Positions 29,098 through 38,915 of a DNA stretch of 64,000 nt are shown in pieces. The notes below the pieces were generated by a model. It worked only from the letters and a program-made list of their open reading frames with translations, searched no databases and was not told the origin of the DNA. Source of the stretch: Nanobdellota archaeon (GTDB lineage Archaea; Nanobdellota; Nanobdellia; Pacearchaeales; GW2011-AR1); contig JBBSXC010000003.1 of the NCBI GenBank assembly GCA_038045945.1, forward strand, positions 128,001 to 192,000. The letters run 5' to 3'. Numbering within the stretch: position 1 is the first letter of the stretch; every line of letters starts with the position of its first letter. Both the position numbers and the translations under genes were made by a program.

Positions 29098-29877
29098 ATG
29101 CTTGACTTATCTCCCCATTCTTTTAGAGGAATGAGACCCGATTCTAGGAGCATTATTCCAGACACTACTCTTTGCATGATTGTTCGTGATGAATTAATGA
29201 ATTCTGCTGGAGGAATAGAAAGAATGCTTAGGCATCACATCCCGCACTTCACACAAGTAGACGTTGCTGATACAGGATCAGTTGATGGAACCAGAGAAAA
29301 ACTCGCAGAACTAGAAAAAGAATACGAGCAACTAAGAGTTTATGACCACGCTTTCGATGGTTACGGACCTAGCAGAAACTTCATAAAAAGCAAAGCAAGA
29401 ACAAGACTTGTAGCAATGCTAGATGCAGACGAACTAATAACTCACCAAGACCTATCAAGAATAAGAAGAATAATAAACAATAGAGAAGGACTTGTAGGAA
29501 TACATTTTCCCTTTAGACAAGTAAAAAAAACTATTGGTGAACCAAACTACGAGTTTGGCCACAACCCAAGAATTTATAGAAATTTACCAGACTACAATTA
29601 TAGAGGAAAAGTTTGGGAAAACCTGTTCGACGAAGATGAAGAAGAACAAGTAAGATACACAGTAGGTGATGGAATAGAGAGAGAAAACCTACCAATGGTT
29701 AAAGTACCAATTTACCACTTCGAACCACAAGATGAAGAAGTTTATTTGGATAAAAGAAAAGAATTATACACTGATTTGCAACTAAAAGGAAGGTTTGATG
29801 TACCACCATCAAGAGTTAAAGGCTTCAAATTATGGAAAGCTTTTAATCCCTTGCGAAACGCACCACAGTTTAACTAA
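29098..29877 (+). CDS. glycosyltransferase family 2
   Basis: LCMIVRDE, DTGSVDGT, SRN, LDADE. Confidence 0.88.
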   Translation: MLDLSPHSFRGMRPDSRSIIPDTTLCMIVRDELMNSAGGIERMLRHHIPHFTQVDVADTGSVDGTREKLAELEKEYEQLRVYDHAFDGYGPSRNFIKSKARTRLVAMLDADELITHQDLSRIRRIINNREGLVGIHFPFRQVKKTIGEPNYEFGHNPRIYRNLPDYNYRGKVWENLFDEDEEEQVRYTVGDGIERENLPMVKVPIYHFEPQDEEVYLDKRKELYTDLQLKGRFDVPPSRVKGFKLWKAFNPLRNAPQFN

Positions 29878-29893
29878 AAAATCCTTTTGAAGC

Positions 29894-30208
29894 TTATTTC
29901 TTATTAACTAAGTATTCTTGCATTTGCAAAGCTAAATCAAGACCTAATTTTTTAAGTAATGGGATAGTGAACCTAAAAGTAACAACGCCTACCCCGAAAT
30001 CATCATTATTTAAGTCGAGAAAAATATTTTCGTTAGTGGTATAAGCTAAACTATTAAGATTTTTATCAGTTATAACAAATCTTTGCCCTAATGAATCATC
30101 ACCAACTTTTTTTGATGAAGCATATATCCTAAAAAAGTCTGATAATGACTTATCATCTTTAACTTTAGCAAAAAACTTTTCTTTAATACTACTAATGGAC
30201 TCTACCAT
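29894..30208 (-). CDS. hypothetical protein
   Basis: 104-aa ORF. Confidence 0.6.
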   Translation of the reverse strand: MVESISSIKEKFFAKVKDDKSLSDFFRIYASSKKVGDDSLGQRFVITDKNLNSLAYTTNENIFLDLNNDDFGVGVVTFRFTIPLLKKLGLDLALQMQEYLVNKK

Positions 30209-30259
30209 GGAAAAATAAAGATTAATTAAGCCTTTTTAAACTCTTTTAATAAAGAAAAA

Positions 30260-30343
30260 TGCGGGGGGAAGGAATCGAACCTTCGCAGGCACTAAGCCAT
30301 TGGATCTTAAGTCCAACCCGTTTGACCGCTCCGGCACTCCCGC
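30260..30343 (-). tRNA. tRNA-Leu(TAA)
   Basis: GCGGGAG...TTGGA-CTTAAGA-TCCAA, long variable arm, GGTTCGATTCC, A73. Confidence 0.95.
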
Positions 30344-30365
30344 ATATAATTAAAACATTAAAACA

Positions 30366-31397
30366 TCACTTATAAGGTTTTCTAGAACCAAACTTTTTCT
30401 TAACTACAGCCTTAATAAAGTTCACAGTTTTGTTAACAACTCTCTTGTCATGCATAGCGTAAAGGATGCTAGAAGGGAAAAAGTTTGTTGAAGAAAGATT
30501 GTGGGGCGCCCTAGAAAAAAATTCTAGTTTGTGATTACCAAAAACTTCTATTTCTCTCTCATAATCTTTTTCTTTATCAATACTTCCACGCAAATCCTTA
30601 ACAGAAAAATTATGGTGGTCTTTACCACCAAGGATGAATAGTTTAGGGATACTCCTAAAATCATTAATAGTTTTTGAAGCCTTCTCATCGCCAAGACTGC
30701 TCAAAACTTGTAAGTAATCAATGTAATACCTAGGGTCTTTAGCAACAGAAAAGTATGATTCTAACTCCTTCATATCCCTTAAGAAGAAGTGTGCAAGCTG
30801 GATAGGATAATTCTTCTTAACATAATTAGTTCGGTTAATAGTTCTTGAAAGGTTTATTCTGTGAAAAATAAATTGTGCAATAGGCACAGGCTTTATCAAA
30901 CCATCAAATTTTATAGCTTTAATTAATTCATAAACAGAACCTTTAATGTCCCTGGCAAAACCACCAAGAATTAAAGCATCAAAAACAGGTTTATGATAAA
31001 CTGATAAGGACTTTTTTTTGGAAAAATAGTCTCTTTCTGCTTTAACATCATAATTAGCAGCAGCAAATATCCCAGAATTAGCACCAAAAGAGTACCCCCC
31101 ACCAAAAACTATTTTTGCTCCAAGATTCTTACGCAAATGATTAGCAGCCTTTATTTGTTCTTGCGCAGCCCTGCCAAAAGTGAATTCTTCATCCCACTCT
31201 TGGTGTGATGGAAGATCTAAAGAAATAACGTTAGCATTAACCCTTTTCATTATAGCAACAATATACTTTTCTAAACATGACCAGTTAGGAGTGAAACCTG
31301 CTTGCAAAACAATACCGACCTTTTCATTATTCCCACGAGTAAATAATACGCCATGAATTCCTTTATTAGCTAATGATTTATAAATTATTTTAGTCAT
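30366..31397 (-). CDS. alpha/beta-hydrolase fold protein
   Basis: QAGF, LDLPSH, GYSFG nucleophile elbow, GGKD, APH. Confidence 0.7.
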   Translation of the reverse strand: MTKIIYKSLANKGIHGVLFTRGNNEKVGIVLQAGFTPNWSCLEKYIVAIMKRVNANVISLDLPSHQEWDEEFTFGRAAQEQIKAANHLRKNLGAKIVFGGGYSFGANSGIFAAANYDVKAERDYFSKKKSLSVYHKPVFDALILGGFARDIKGSVYELIKAIKFDGLIKPVPIAQFIFHRINLSRTINRTNYVKKNYPIQLAHFFLRDMKELESYFSVAKDPRYYIDYLQVLSSLGDEKASKTINDFRSIPKLFILGGKDHHNFSVKDLRGSIDKEKDYEREIEVFGNHKLEFFSRAPHNLSSTNFFPSSILYAMHDKRVVNKTVNFIKAVVKKKFGSRKPYK

Positions 31398-31435
31398 AAA
31401 AACCCTTTTTTACCTAAACAATTATTAAAAATTTC

Positions 31436-32029
31436 TTATGGTAATTCACCACTACCAAGCTGTGGAGTGTTCAAAGATGAAGCATCTGCTTTGTAGTAAT
31501 CTTTACTAGAGAAACCAAACATTCCAGCAATTATGTTTGATGGGAATCTCTTAATAGCAGTGTTGTATTCTTGAACTGTTTGAATGTATCTTCCTCTAGC
31601 AACAGTTATTCTGTTCGCAGTACCAGCAAGTTCATCAGTTAAAGAAGTGTATTGTTTGTTAGCTTGAAAAGTAGGATATTGTTCAGCAACAGCGTTAACG
31701 AAAGCAGCAACACCATTACTCATTGCTACACCAGCAGAATCCTTCTGGGCAACAGTTACAGCATCTCTCCAAGCATTCCTAGCAGCAATGACATCCTTAA
31801 CAAAAGCTGTTTCAGCCTTAACAGAACTTGAAGTTACTGAAACAAGATTTGGTATTAGGTCAGCTTGCCTTTGATACTGACTTTCAACTTCACTCCACTT
31901 AGCATTAACATCTTGATCTAGCTTAACAAAGCGATTATAACCGCTAACAAAGTATAATAACAAAATTATAACTAATAATGCTGCAACGATTAAAGAAATC
32001 ATGCCCTTACCTAAACCTTTATTATCCAT
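31436..32029 (-). CDS. lemA: LemA family protein
   Basis: YNRFV..D..V...WSEVESQYQRQADLIPNLV, NRITVAR.RY, FPSNIIAGMFGF; start MDNKG. Confidence 0.92.
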   Translation of the reverse strand: MDNKGLGKGMISLIVAALLVIILLLYFVSGYNRFVKLDQDVNAKWSEVESQYQRQADLIPNLVSVTSSSVKAETAFVKDVIAARNAWRDAVTVAQKDSAGVAMSNGVAAFVNAVAEQYPTFQANKQYTSLTDELAGTANRITVARGRYIQTVQEYNTAIKRFPSNIIAGMFGFSSKDYYKADASSLNTPQLGSGELP

Positions 32030-32060
32030 GATTATAATTTGATGATTATCATATTTAAAT

Positions 32061-32798
32061 CTACCTTCCAGCTCCACCACCACCGCTAGAACCGCCACCG
32101 AAACCTCCGAAACCACCACCAAATCCTCCGCCACCTCCACGAGCCATCGATCCTAAACCAAAACCAATAAGTGTACCTAAAGAACTGCTTCTAGAATGAT
32201 AATAATTCTTTGGTCTAGAAACAGCACTAATAATAATGAATAAAACAATTATCACAATAATCCAAAAGATTATTCTCTTAAAATTATTACCGCCATCAGA
32301 GTTTACTTTAACAGGCTCTACCCCTAAAACTAATTCGTCATGTAAAACTTCACTAAAAGTAGCTATACCTAAAGATAATTCTCCATTATCCCTGTAAGGA
32401 ACATAATAGTCATCAAGCATCCTACCAACTTTAGAATCAGGTAAAACTCCCTCAAGACCATAACCAACTTCTACTTCAATACGGTTATCATCAACAGAAT
32501 ACAAAATTAGCAAACCAGAATCATCTTTCTCTTTTCCAACACCCCAATAATTAAAAAGTTCTGTACGATACTGAACAGGAGTTAAGGGAGAAGTGTTTTG
32601 CAAACTAACAAAAACTAGTTCATAACCAGTCTTTTGGTAAACATCCTGAAAAAGACTACTAATATAAGATGAATCATCAACTGTTAGAACAGAAGCAAAA
32701 TCATTAACAAAAGAATCAACAGGCCGAGGAAAAGTTTGCGAAGAAACAACAAATGAAAAAATTATTAGGCTCACAAAAAATATCAACAACTTTTTCAT
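32061..32798 (-). CDS. TPM-domain (YgcG-like) membrane protein
   Basis: VNDFASVL, WGVG...DSGLLIL, IEVEVGYGLEGVLPD, Gly-rich GGGSSGGGGAGR tail; operon with lemA. Confidence 0.92.
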   Translation of the reverse strand: MKKLLIFFVSLIIFSFVVSSQTFPRPVDSFVNDFASVLTVDDSSYISSLFQDVYQKTGYELVFVSLQNTSPLTPVQYRTELFNYWGVGKEKDDSGLLILYSVDDNRIEVEVGYGLEGVLPDSKVGRMLDDYYVPYRDNGELSLGIATFSEVLHDELVLGVEPVKVNSDGGNNFKRIIFWIIVIIVLFIIISAVSRPKNYYHSRSSSLGTLIGFGLGSMARGGGGGFGGGFGGFGGGSSGGGGAGR

Positions 32799-32843
32799 AA
32801 TACTAAGTAATTATTAACAGTTTAAATAATCAACCAAAAACAA

Positions 32844-33173
32844 TTATTTTATTACGTGCAGAACTCTTTGTGTAACAATCTTGGTCATTTCTAGAGTTGT
32901 TTTTACTTCACTAATAGGCCTTGGTTTTTGCGGTGCTAAAAATGTTGACCTAACAGTTATTTCCGGAACCTTATCCCAAGACAATTGTTCAACTACAGTA
33001 TCATGCATTTTCTTAGTCTTCTGCTTAGCCTCATCTAAACTAACATCTGAAAGTCCATGAAGAAACATCGACATATCCATATCAATATAATCCCAAATAA
33101 GACCATTAAACTTGTAAAAACCACACTGTTCACCACTATACTCCACTTCCTTACCATGAACAATATGAATCAT
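32844..33173 (-). CDS. hypothetical protein
   Basis: 109-aa ORF. Confidence 0.55.
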   Translation of the reverse strand: MIHIVHGKEVEYSGEQCGFYKFNGLIWDYIDMDMSMFLHGLSDVSLDEAKQKTKKMHDTVVEQLSWDKVPEITVRSTFLAPQKPRPISEVKTTLEMTKIVTQRVLHVIK

Positions 33174-33270
33174 AGAATGCCTGAAAGAAAAACGGTTTAA
33201 AACATTAACTAATAACTACGTAGTGGTTACAACTAACAAGATTTATATATCTCTAAAGCTTGAGATTATC

Positions 33271-33750
33271 ATGAATAAGACGCTTGTATTAAGCATCATA
33301 ATCCTTCTATTAGCTTCAGCAAGTGTTTCTGCCATTTCCTTTTCTCAGTCCTATAATCAAGACTTAGTTAGAGTTAAAGAAAAGTGGTCTTACCAGGAGG
33401 ATACTACTGGTAAACTTAGAGGTTTCAACCTCATTCACACTTTTTCTGTCCCTAGAGAAAGAATGGAAGTAACAATCAAGGATAACACTAACACTCAAAC
33501 AACAAGCTTCAGCAGTTCTGGAAGCGGGCACATTAGCCTGGGTTCTTTTGGAAACATTCAAAGTTCCAGCCAGGCATTATCAAACGGTTTTAGCACAGGA
33601 ATTGTTGGTAGCAGTAATTTTGGAAGAGTTGGCGGAAATTTTGGTAGTGATGACGGACTAAACCAAGCTTTTGGCACCTTCAGACAAAACAACAGAGTAG
33701 CAGTAACACCAAGATACTCAAGCGGACGCTTCGTAATAGGATACTACTAA
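33271..33750 (+). CDS. secreted Gly/Ser/Phe-rich protein
   Basis: signal peptide MNKTLVLSIIILLLASASVSA; TATA TTTATATA upstream. Confidence 0.65.
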   Translation: MNKTLVLSIIILLLASASVSAISFSQSYNQDLVRVKEKWSYQEDTTGKLRGFNLIHTFSVPRERMEVTIKDNTNTQTTSFSSSGSGHISLGSFGNIQSSSQALSNGFSTGIVGSSNFGRVGGNFGSDDGLNQAFGTFRQNNRVAVTPRYSSGRFVIGYY

Positions 33751-33754
33751 AAAA

Positions 33755-34066
33755 ATGAGCGGAACATTAACAATTTATACTAGGGCACAAGCCGAAAGGT
33801 TAGCTGAAGAAAGAAGATTTGGTCTAGTAGCAAAAACTGATGATGAACTAAAAGACTTATTTCATCAAGGCAGAGAAAGAGGGGTAACAGGGCCTTGGGG
33901 GATACTATCAGCACCACAAGAATTTTATGATGGAATGGCAGCAGCAAAAATATTAGTTGACAGACACGGAGAAGATTACGTTCTAGGACTTGAGGGAAGA
34001 AGAAAACCTAAGACGATAACAGAAAAAGTTGTTTATGTACTATTTAACCATTTACCAAAAATATAG
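33755..34066 (+). CDS. hypothetical protein
   Basis: 103-aa ORF 4 nt after the previous stop. Confidence 0.6.
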   Translation: MSGTLTIYTRAQAERLAEERRFGLVAKTDDELKDLFHQGRERGVTGPWGILSAPQEFYDGMAAAKILVDRHGEDYVLGLEGRRKPKTITEKVVYVLFNHLPKI

Positions 34067-34074
34067 TATTCCAA

Positions 34075-34833
34075 CTATTTTGTCAAGACACTTTCCAATT
34101 CACTTATCACTTCTAACATTTCTGAACCATCCTGGTAGCGATTCGAAGGTTTTTCTGAAGTTGCTTTATCAATAACATTTTTTGTTTTATTATCACGATC
34201 TTGAAAATATGGCGAACGAGACATAAAATCTAAAACTTTTCCTAACTGATAAATATCATAAGAAAAAGAGATATTATCACTAGACTTGTACTCTGGCGCA
34301 GTATCATTAAGATCTAAACGTTCACGACCAGAATAAGGCCTCCTAGATGCGTCATAATCAAACATTTTTACAGTAATAATAGGAGCCATATGAACAAAAA
34401 CATTCGGCCTTCTAACATCATGATGAACAAAACCAGCATTATGAAAAAATGCTAAAGATGAAGAAATACCCTTAGCTATTTCTATAACTGTGGGAGTATT
34501 CAAGAAACATCCAAATTTTGTCATATCATAAAGAGTGTTTAAGTAAGTATAATCATAAATTTCTTCAAGTTGTCCACTTTCATTAACACTAAAATCTAAA
34601 GGAACTAAAACTCCAGGATTAGGATCACCCATTATAAGCCCCAAGAGATCTATTTGGTCTTGGTGAGCTTTCACTAATCCTCGTTTAACAACAATACCCC
34701 CACCGCCAGGCTTCTTACAAATATAAACCTCTGTAGCTTTACCAGTTTTTACTCTGCGACTAACAATAACCTCTCCAAACCTACCAGCAGTAATCTTTTC
34801 TTCAGGTTGAAGTCCAAACTCATCAAAAACCAT
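34075..34833 (-). CDS. Ser/Thr protein kinase-like protein
   Basis: TGKATEVY, VVK, HHDVRRPN, FDYD, APE, DIYQLG, KPSNRY. Confidence 0.8.
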   Translation of the reverse strand: MVFDEFGLQPEEKITAGRFGEVIVSRRVKTGKATEVYICKKPGGGGIVVKRGLVKAHQDQIDLLGLIMGDPNPGVLVPLDFSVNESGQLEEIYDYTYLNTLYDMTKFGCFLNTPTVIEIAKGISSSLAFFHNAGFVHHDVRRPNVFVHMAPIITVKMFDYDASRRPYSGRERLDLNDTAPEYKSSDNISFSYDIYQLGKVLDFMSRSPYFQDRDNKTKNVIDKATSEKPSNRYQDGSEMLEVISELESVLTK

Positions 34834-34916
34834 AAAAAACACCCTCAAAAACACTATTAAAATATAATGTCAGTCGAATGCAAAACCTTAAAAGTCTTAA
34901 TTACTTCATCATTTTC

Positions 34917-35173
34917 GTGGACCGAGCCGGCGCGTTAGCCCTGCGCCAATTGCAAGCGGGCTTTAGGCAGGCTTAAAGGAGCCAGTGAAATAATTGCTAA
35001 AGAATCTCAAGATGGACGACGACGTTTTGTCCTACTGGATCTTGCTTTTGCAAAACGGGTCAGGCCTTGATCGGAGCAGCCCTAAACATTCGCGTAGATG
35101 CTTGTGGGGTAGCAGAACTGAGGAAGTTTTGAGGTAATTCTTTAATAATTATTAAGCAAACTCCCCGGTCCGC
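34917..35173 (+). ncRNA. ffs: archaeal signal recognition particle (7S) RNA
   Basis: GC-rich island; ends pair (GTGGACCG/CGGTCCGC); Alu-like loops AGCCC/GGGCT; helix 8 GGGTCAGGCC..GGAGCAGCCC; TATA-like CCTTAAAA upstream. Confidence 0.85.
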
Positions 35174-35292
35174 ACTTCTATAAATCTTAAAAAAAAACTT
35201 ATGGCTTTTTTAGGCATAAAAAAATTTTCTTGAATTTCAGAAGCTTTAAAAGGGGAGATTTCGCAAGTAAATCTCCCAAAAGGAACAAAAAA

Positions 35293-35646
35293 ATGACAAC
35301 GATTAAAGGATACTTAGGATGCGGAATATCAAGGTATAATGCAGCAGGAATAGCAGTTAGTCACAACTTTAGAGAAGAATCATTCTTAGAAGGATTGCTA
35401 TTAAGAAATGATGAAGCAAAACAAGAACACGGGCCAGTAATGTACGATGTCTATATTAGTAAAACAAGACATGAAGTGCCAGAAAGACTAGTGGAAGCAG
35501 GAGTTTGTAGCTTGTCAAGACTAGGAAAACTATCAGAATTAACAAAAAGACTACCAGACCACCATGTAAAGATGCCAAAAGAAGTAAGACTAATAAGAGA
35601 TATAGAAAAGCCTAGAAGAGTAAAAATATACATGAGCAAAGACTAA
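35293..35646 (+). CDS. hypothetical protein
   Basis: start MTTIKG; host-like codons. Confidence 0.55.
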   Translation: MTTIKGYLGCGISRYNAAGIAVSHNFREESFLEGLLLRNDEAKQEHGPVMYDVYISKTRHEVPERLVEAGVCSLSRLGKLSELTKRLPDHHVKMPKEVRLIRDIEKPRRVKIYMSKD

Positions 35647-35691
35647 CACTTCTTGAAAAGATTTAATAACCTAAGAACTATTATTTAATTA

Positions 35692-35970
35692 ATGAGTTTA
35701 GAAAAGAGGTTTGGAAGCGAATTAAAGATTAATGAAGGAGACTTAGCAATTCTAGAAATGAATGACGGATCAATAATACTTGGGAGATATAGATCAGAAG
35801 ATAAGTCTAGAAGGCAAGACAACATGTACGTGGATAGTATCGTAATAAAAGATGGAGAAAGAAATCGTTATAACAGACTTCAAGACTGTAAAAGGTTAAG
35901 AGTTAGAGAAGTTGAATCAATAACGATGCTTTCTGAAAGCACGACCTACACGCCAAGAGTTAGAGGATGA
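35692..35970 (+). CDS. hypothetical protein (possibly Sm/SH3-like beta fold)
   Basis: 92 aa, alternating beta pattern. Confidence 0.55.
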   Translation: MSLEKRFGSELKINEGDLAILEMNDGSIILGRYRSEDKSRRQDNMYVDSIVIKDGERNRYNRLQDCKRLRVREVESITMLSESTTYTPRVRG

Positions 35971-36003
35971 AACATTTATAACTAATTCTTTACTAATTTA
36001 TTA

Positions 36004-36573
36004 ATGATGAAGAGGTGGAGTTACGCAAACAAGAGAGGACAATTCTTTCTGCTAGCAGCAGTAATAATAATTACAGGAATAGTCGCAATAGCATCAATAA
36101 AAACATTTGTTAGCGAACCAGCAAGCAACACTCAAGAAAGAGTATACGACTTATCACAAGAATTAGGTTACGAAAGCGCAAAAGTCATAGATTACGGAGT
36201 GTACAACGGAGCATACACAGAAACACTCATGAATTCCTGGATAGAAACATACACAAACTACACTAGAGACAGGGAAGGAATAACAGAATGGTTATTCGTT
36301 TACGGAAACTCCAGCGAAATAAAAATAATAAACTTCACAGCCCAAGAAAAAGGAGAAGTAAACCTGAACTTAGGTGATGAAAGAATAGCATCAAAAGCAA
36401 AAAAAGAATTAAAAAGAGGAGATGAGAAGAAAACACCAACAGGGAAAATAGTAAGCGTTAAAGACACATTAGGAATTGAAAGAGAATTCACACTAACACA
36501 AGGAGAAAACTTTTATTTTGTAGTAGCAAAAATAGATAAAGAGGGAACAGTAATAAACCAAAAGGACAAATGA
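36004..36573 (+). CDS. class III signal peptide (pilin-like) protein
   Basis: KRG|QFFLLAAVIII. Confidence 0.8.
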   Translation: MMKRWSYANKRGQFFLLAAVIIITGIVAIASIKTFVSEPASNTQERVYDLSQELGYESAKVIDYGVYNGAYTETLMNSWIETYTNYTRDREGITEWLFVYGNSSEIKIINFTAQEKGEVNLNLGDERIASKAKKELKRGDEKKTPTGKIVSVKDTLGIEREFTLTQGENFYFVVAKIDKEGTVINQKDK

Positions 36574-37100
36574 TAAAAAATAACCTAAAGGTCATGAACA
36601 AAAAAGGGCTGAGCGAAGTTGTAGGATACGTACTACTAATAGCAATAGCAATATCACTAAGCATAGTAGTATACTCATTCATGAAAAGTTATGTGCCAAA
36701 AGAATCAACAAGCGATTGCCCAAGCGGAACAAGCATGATAATAGCAGACTATAAGTGCGACACAACAAAAAAAGTGTTAAATTTAACATTACAAAACAAA
36801 GGACTCTTCGACATTGATGGATTCATAATAAGAATATCAGTAGTTGATGATGGAGAAAACATACCAAGTAAAGAATTATCATACAATAACGGAACAGAAA
36901 ACGTAAAAACATCAGTAATGTATTTTGATACATTATCAGACTTAACACTACACCCATCACAAAAATTTAATAGGTTATACAACTACTCAGAATACGCAAA
37001 CATTAACAAAATACAAATAATACCACTAAAACTTTACAAAGGAGAAAACCTACTTTGTGGAGGAGCGCAAATAATGCAAAACATGGAAGGATGCCAATAA
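36570..37100 (+). CDS. archaeal type IV pilin
   Basis: KKG|LSEVVGYVLLIAIAI. Confidence 0.88.
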   Translation: MIKNNLKVMNKKGLSEVVGYVLLIAIAISLSIVVYSFMKSYVPKESTSDCPSGTSMIIADYKCDTTKKVLNLTLQNKGLFDIDGFIIRISVVDDGENIPSKELSYNNGTENVKTSVMYFDTLSDLTLHPSQKFNRLYNYSEYANINKIQIIPLKLYKGENLLCGGAQIMQNMEGCQ

Positions 37101-37137
37101 AAAGAGTTATAAAACAAGAAACATTAACAAAAAAGTC

Positions 37138-37554
37138 ATGATGAACAACAAAAGGGGTATAACACCAGTCATAGCAACAATTCTACTAATAGCAATAGTA
37201 GTGATAGTAATAGCAATAATATTCTTTTGGAGTAAAAACTTCATTAAAGAAAGCGTGCAAAAAAAAGGACTCCCCGCAGAACAAGTATGCTCACAAATAA
37301 AACTACAAAAATCATGTTCGGACGGAACAATGACCATAGTAAACTTAGGAAACATACCAGTATACCAGTTTGACGTGAAGAAAAACTTAGGAAGTAAAAC
37401 AATAATACAACACTCAGAAGACTCATTAGGAATAGGAGAAAGTATAGAGTTCGACATTGGAGAATGCCCTGAAAACTACAAAATCATACCAGCAATACTT
37501 GGAGACGTAAGCGGCGGAAAAACAATCTATAGTTGCGTAAATAACGAATTCTAA
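37138..37554 (+). CDS. archaeal type IV pilin
   Basis: KRG|ITPVIATILLIAI. Confidence 0.9.
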   Translation: MMNNKRGITPVIATILLIAIVVIVIAIIFFWSKNFIKESVQKKGLPAEQVCSQIKLQKSCSDGTMTIVNLGNIPVYQFDVKKNLGSKTIIQHSEDSLGIGESIEFDIGECPENYKIIPAILGDVSGGKTIYSCVNNEF

Positions 37555-37566
37555 AAACCTTTATAA

Positions 37567-37610
37567 ACATAAAAATTTCTCTTAAAATTTTGTGGCTTAA
37601 AAATCCAAAC
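37567..37610 (+). repeat. dispersed ~45-bp hairpin repeat, copy 1
   Basis: ACATAAAAATTTCT-CTT-AAAATTTTGTGGCTTAAAAATCCAAAC; other copies at 38325 and 53863. Confidence 0.7.
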
Positions 37611-37649
37611 TGCGAAGGATTTTTAAATAACACTTTAGTAATAGATAGT

Positions 37650-38195
37650 ATGAGGATGAATAACAAAAAGGGGGTTTCGACAATAGTCACAGTTGTTCTA
37701 TTGATACTAGTATCAATAACAGCAGTAGCACTAATAGCAGCATTCGTAGTACCATTCATTAAAGGAAGCTTATCAGAAAGTCAAGAATGCTTCTCAGCAC
37801 TAGGAAAAGTAGAAGTAGTGCAAGGAGACTACACAGGCTACAACTCAGAAAAAGGAGAAACATACGTTAGAATAAAAAGAGGATTCTCCGAAGACATAGA
37901 AGTACAGAGTTTAGCAGTGGTACTAGCAGGCGGTGGAAAGAGTAAGAGATATGACATAACACCAAGAGATGCTATAGCAGTAGGAAGTCCATCAGAAATA
38001 GTAGGAGAATGGGTTAATGATACGGACTCAGGATTTAGGAACAGCTTAAGCTTACCAGCAGAAGGAGAAGAAAACACTTATGCATTCAACGTAGCAGGCG
38101 ACTTAACAGAAGTTGACTCAGTACAAGTGTCTCCAGTTCTAGCAAGCGATAAGATTTGTGAAGCAACAATTGCCAAAATCCCCACTTACGCATAA
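37650..38195 (+). CDS. archaeal type IV pilin (copy A)
   Basis: KKG|VSTIVTVVLLILV; start 37650 by analogy with 38400. Confidence 0.9.
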   Translation: MRMNNKKGVSTIVTVVLLILVSITAVALIAAFVVPFIKGSLSESQECFSALGKVEVVQGDYTGYNSEKGETYVRIKRGFSEDIEVQSLAVVLAGGGKSKRYDITPRDAIAVGSPSEIVGEWVNDTDSGFRNSLSLPAEGEENTYAFNVAGDLTEVDSVQVSPVLASDKICEATIAKIPTYA

Positions 38196-38204
38196 AGAAG
38201 GAAA

Positions 38205-38232
38205 ACAAAAAATTTTTATTTTTTTATTTTAA
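38205..38232 (+). terminator. oligo-T terminator
   Basis: ACAAAAAATTTTTATTTTTTTATTTT; similar tracts follow the 38915 pilin and, on the minus strand, dsbA (58562-58600). Confidence 0.55.
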
Positions 38233-38324
38233 TGTTTTCTAAAAGAAAAAGAGAAGGAAGAACGATAAGAACAGATAATTCTAATAATAGTAATTGTAAG
38301 CAAACATATCAAAAACCTTTATAA

Positions 38325-38366
38325 ACATCAAAATTTCTCAAAAATTTTGTGGCTTAAAAATACAAA
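38325..38366 (+). repeat. dispersed hairpin repeat, copy 2
   Basis: ACATCAAAATTTCTCAAAAATTTTGTGGCTTAAAAATACAAA. Confidence 0.7.
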
Positions 38367-38399
38367 GGATTTTTAAATAAGTAATTAGTAATAGATAGT

Positions 38400-38915
38400 A
38401 TGAGGATGAATAACAAAAAGGGGGTTTCGACAATAGTCACAGTTGTTCTATTGATACTAGTATCAATAACAGCAGTAGCACTAATAGCAGCATTCGTAGT
38501 ACCATTCATTAAAGGAAGCTTAAGCCAAAGTAATGAGTGTTACGCGACTTTAGGAAAAGTTGACGTGGTGGCTGGAAGTAACACATGCTTTGATGCAACA
38601 ACGAACACAGTTAGAGTTAACATAAAGAAAGGATTCGTTGAAGGGTCAGAGATAAAAGCAGTAGCAGTTGTTCTTTCAGGAGATGGTAAGAGTAAGAGAT
38701 ACGATGTATCAAACGGCGGCATGTCAGCAAACATAAGAGAACTGTCAGGAAGCTATAATACAGCTTTATCCTTGCCAGCAGACGGTGAATCAAACACTTA
38801 CGTCTTTAATGTTACTGATGCAGGAATGACTGTTGTATATGCGGAAGTTTCTCCAATCTTATCAAGCGATAAGGTTTGTGAAGCAGCTAAAGCAGAAATC
38901 CCTACTTGCGCATAA
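38400..38915 (+). CDS. archaeal type IV pilin (copy B)
   Basis: first 41 aa identical to copy A, divergent globular domain. Confidence 0.9.
   Translation: MRMNNKKGVSTIVTVVLLILVSITAVALIAAFVVPFIKGSLSQSNECYATLGKVDVVAGSNTCFDATTNTVRVNIKKGFVEGSEIKAVAVVLSGDGKSKRYDVSNGGMSANIRELSGSYNTALSLPADGESNTYVFNVTDAGMTVVYAEVSPILSSDKVCEAAKAEIPTCA

Larger units (their letters stand above)
37635..38522 (+). repeat. 138-bp perfect direct repeat (37635-37772 = 38385-38522)
   Basis: identical by direct comparison, offset 750 nt. Confidence 0.9.

Noticed and set aside
27327-30343. tRNA-anchored integrated element
   Set aside because: No duplicated tRNA 3' end (att site) or integrase seen nearby.
32030-32140. Extended LemA N-terminus (MEVAEDLVVV...)
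   Set aside because: Alternate-frame reading of the Gly-rich tail of the TPM gene; the real start is 32029.
34917-35173. RNase P RNA or riboswitch
   Set aside because: A GAGGAAGTT stretch is present, but the CAGG/AGCAG internal loop and Alu-like 5' domain fit SRP RNA better.
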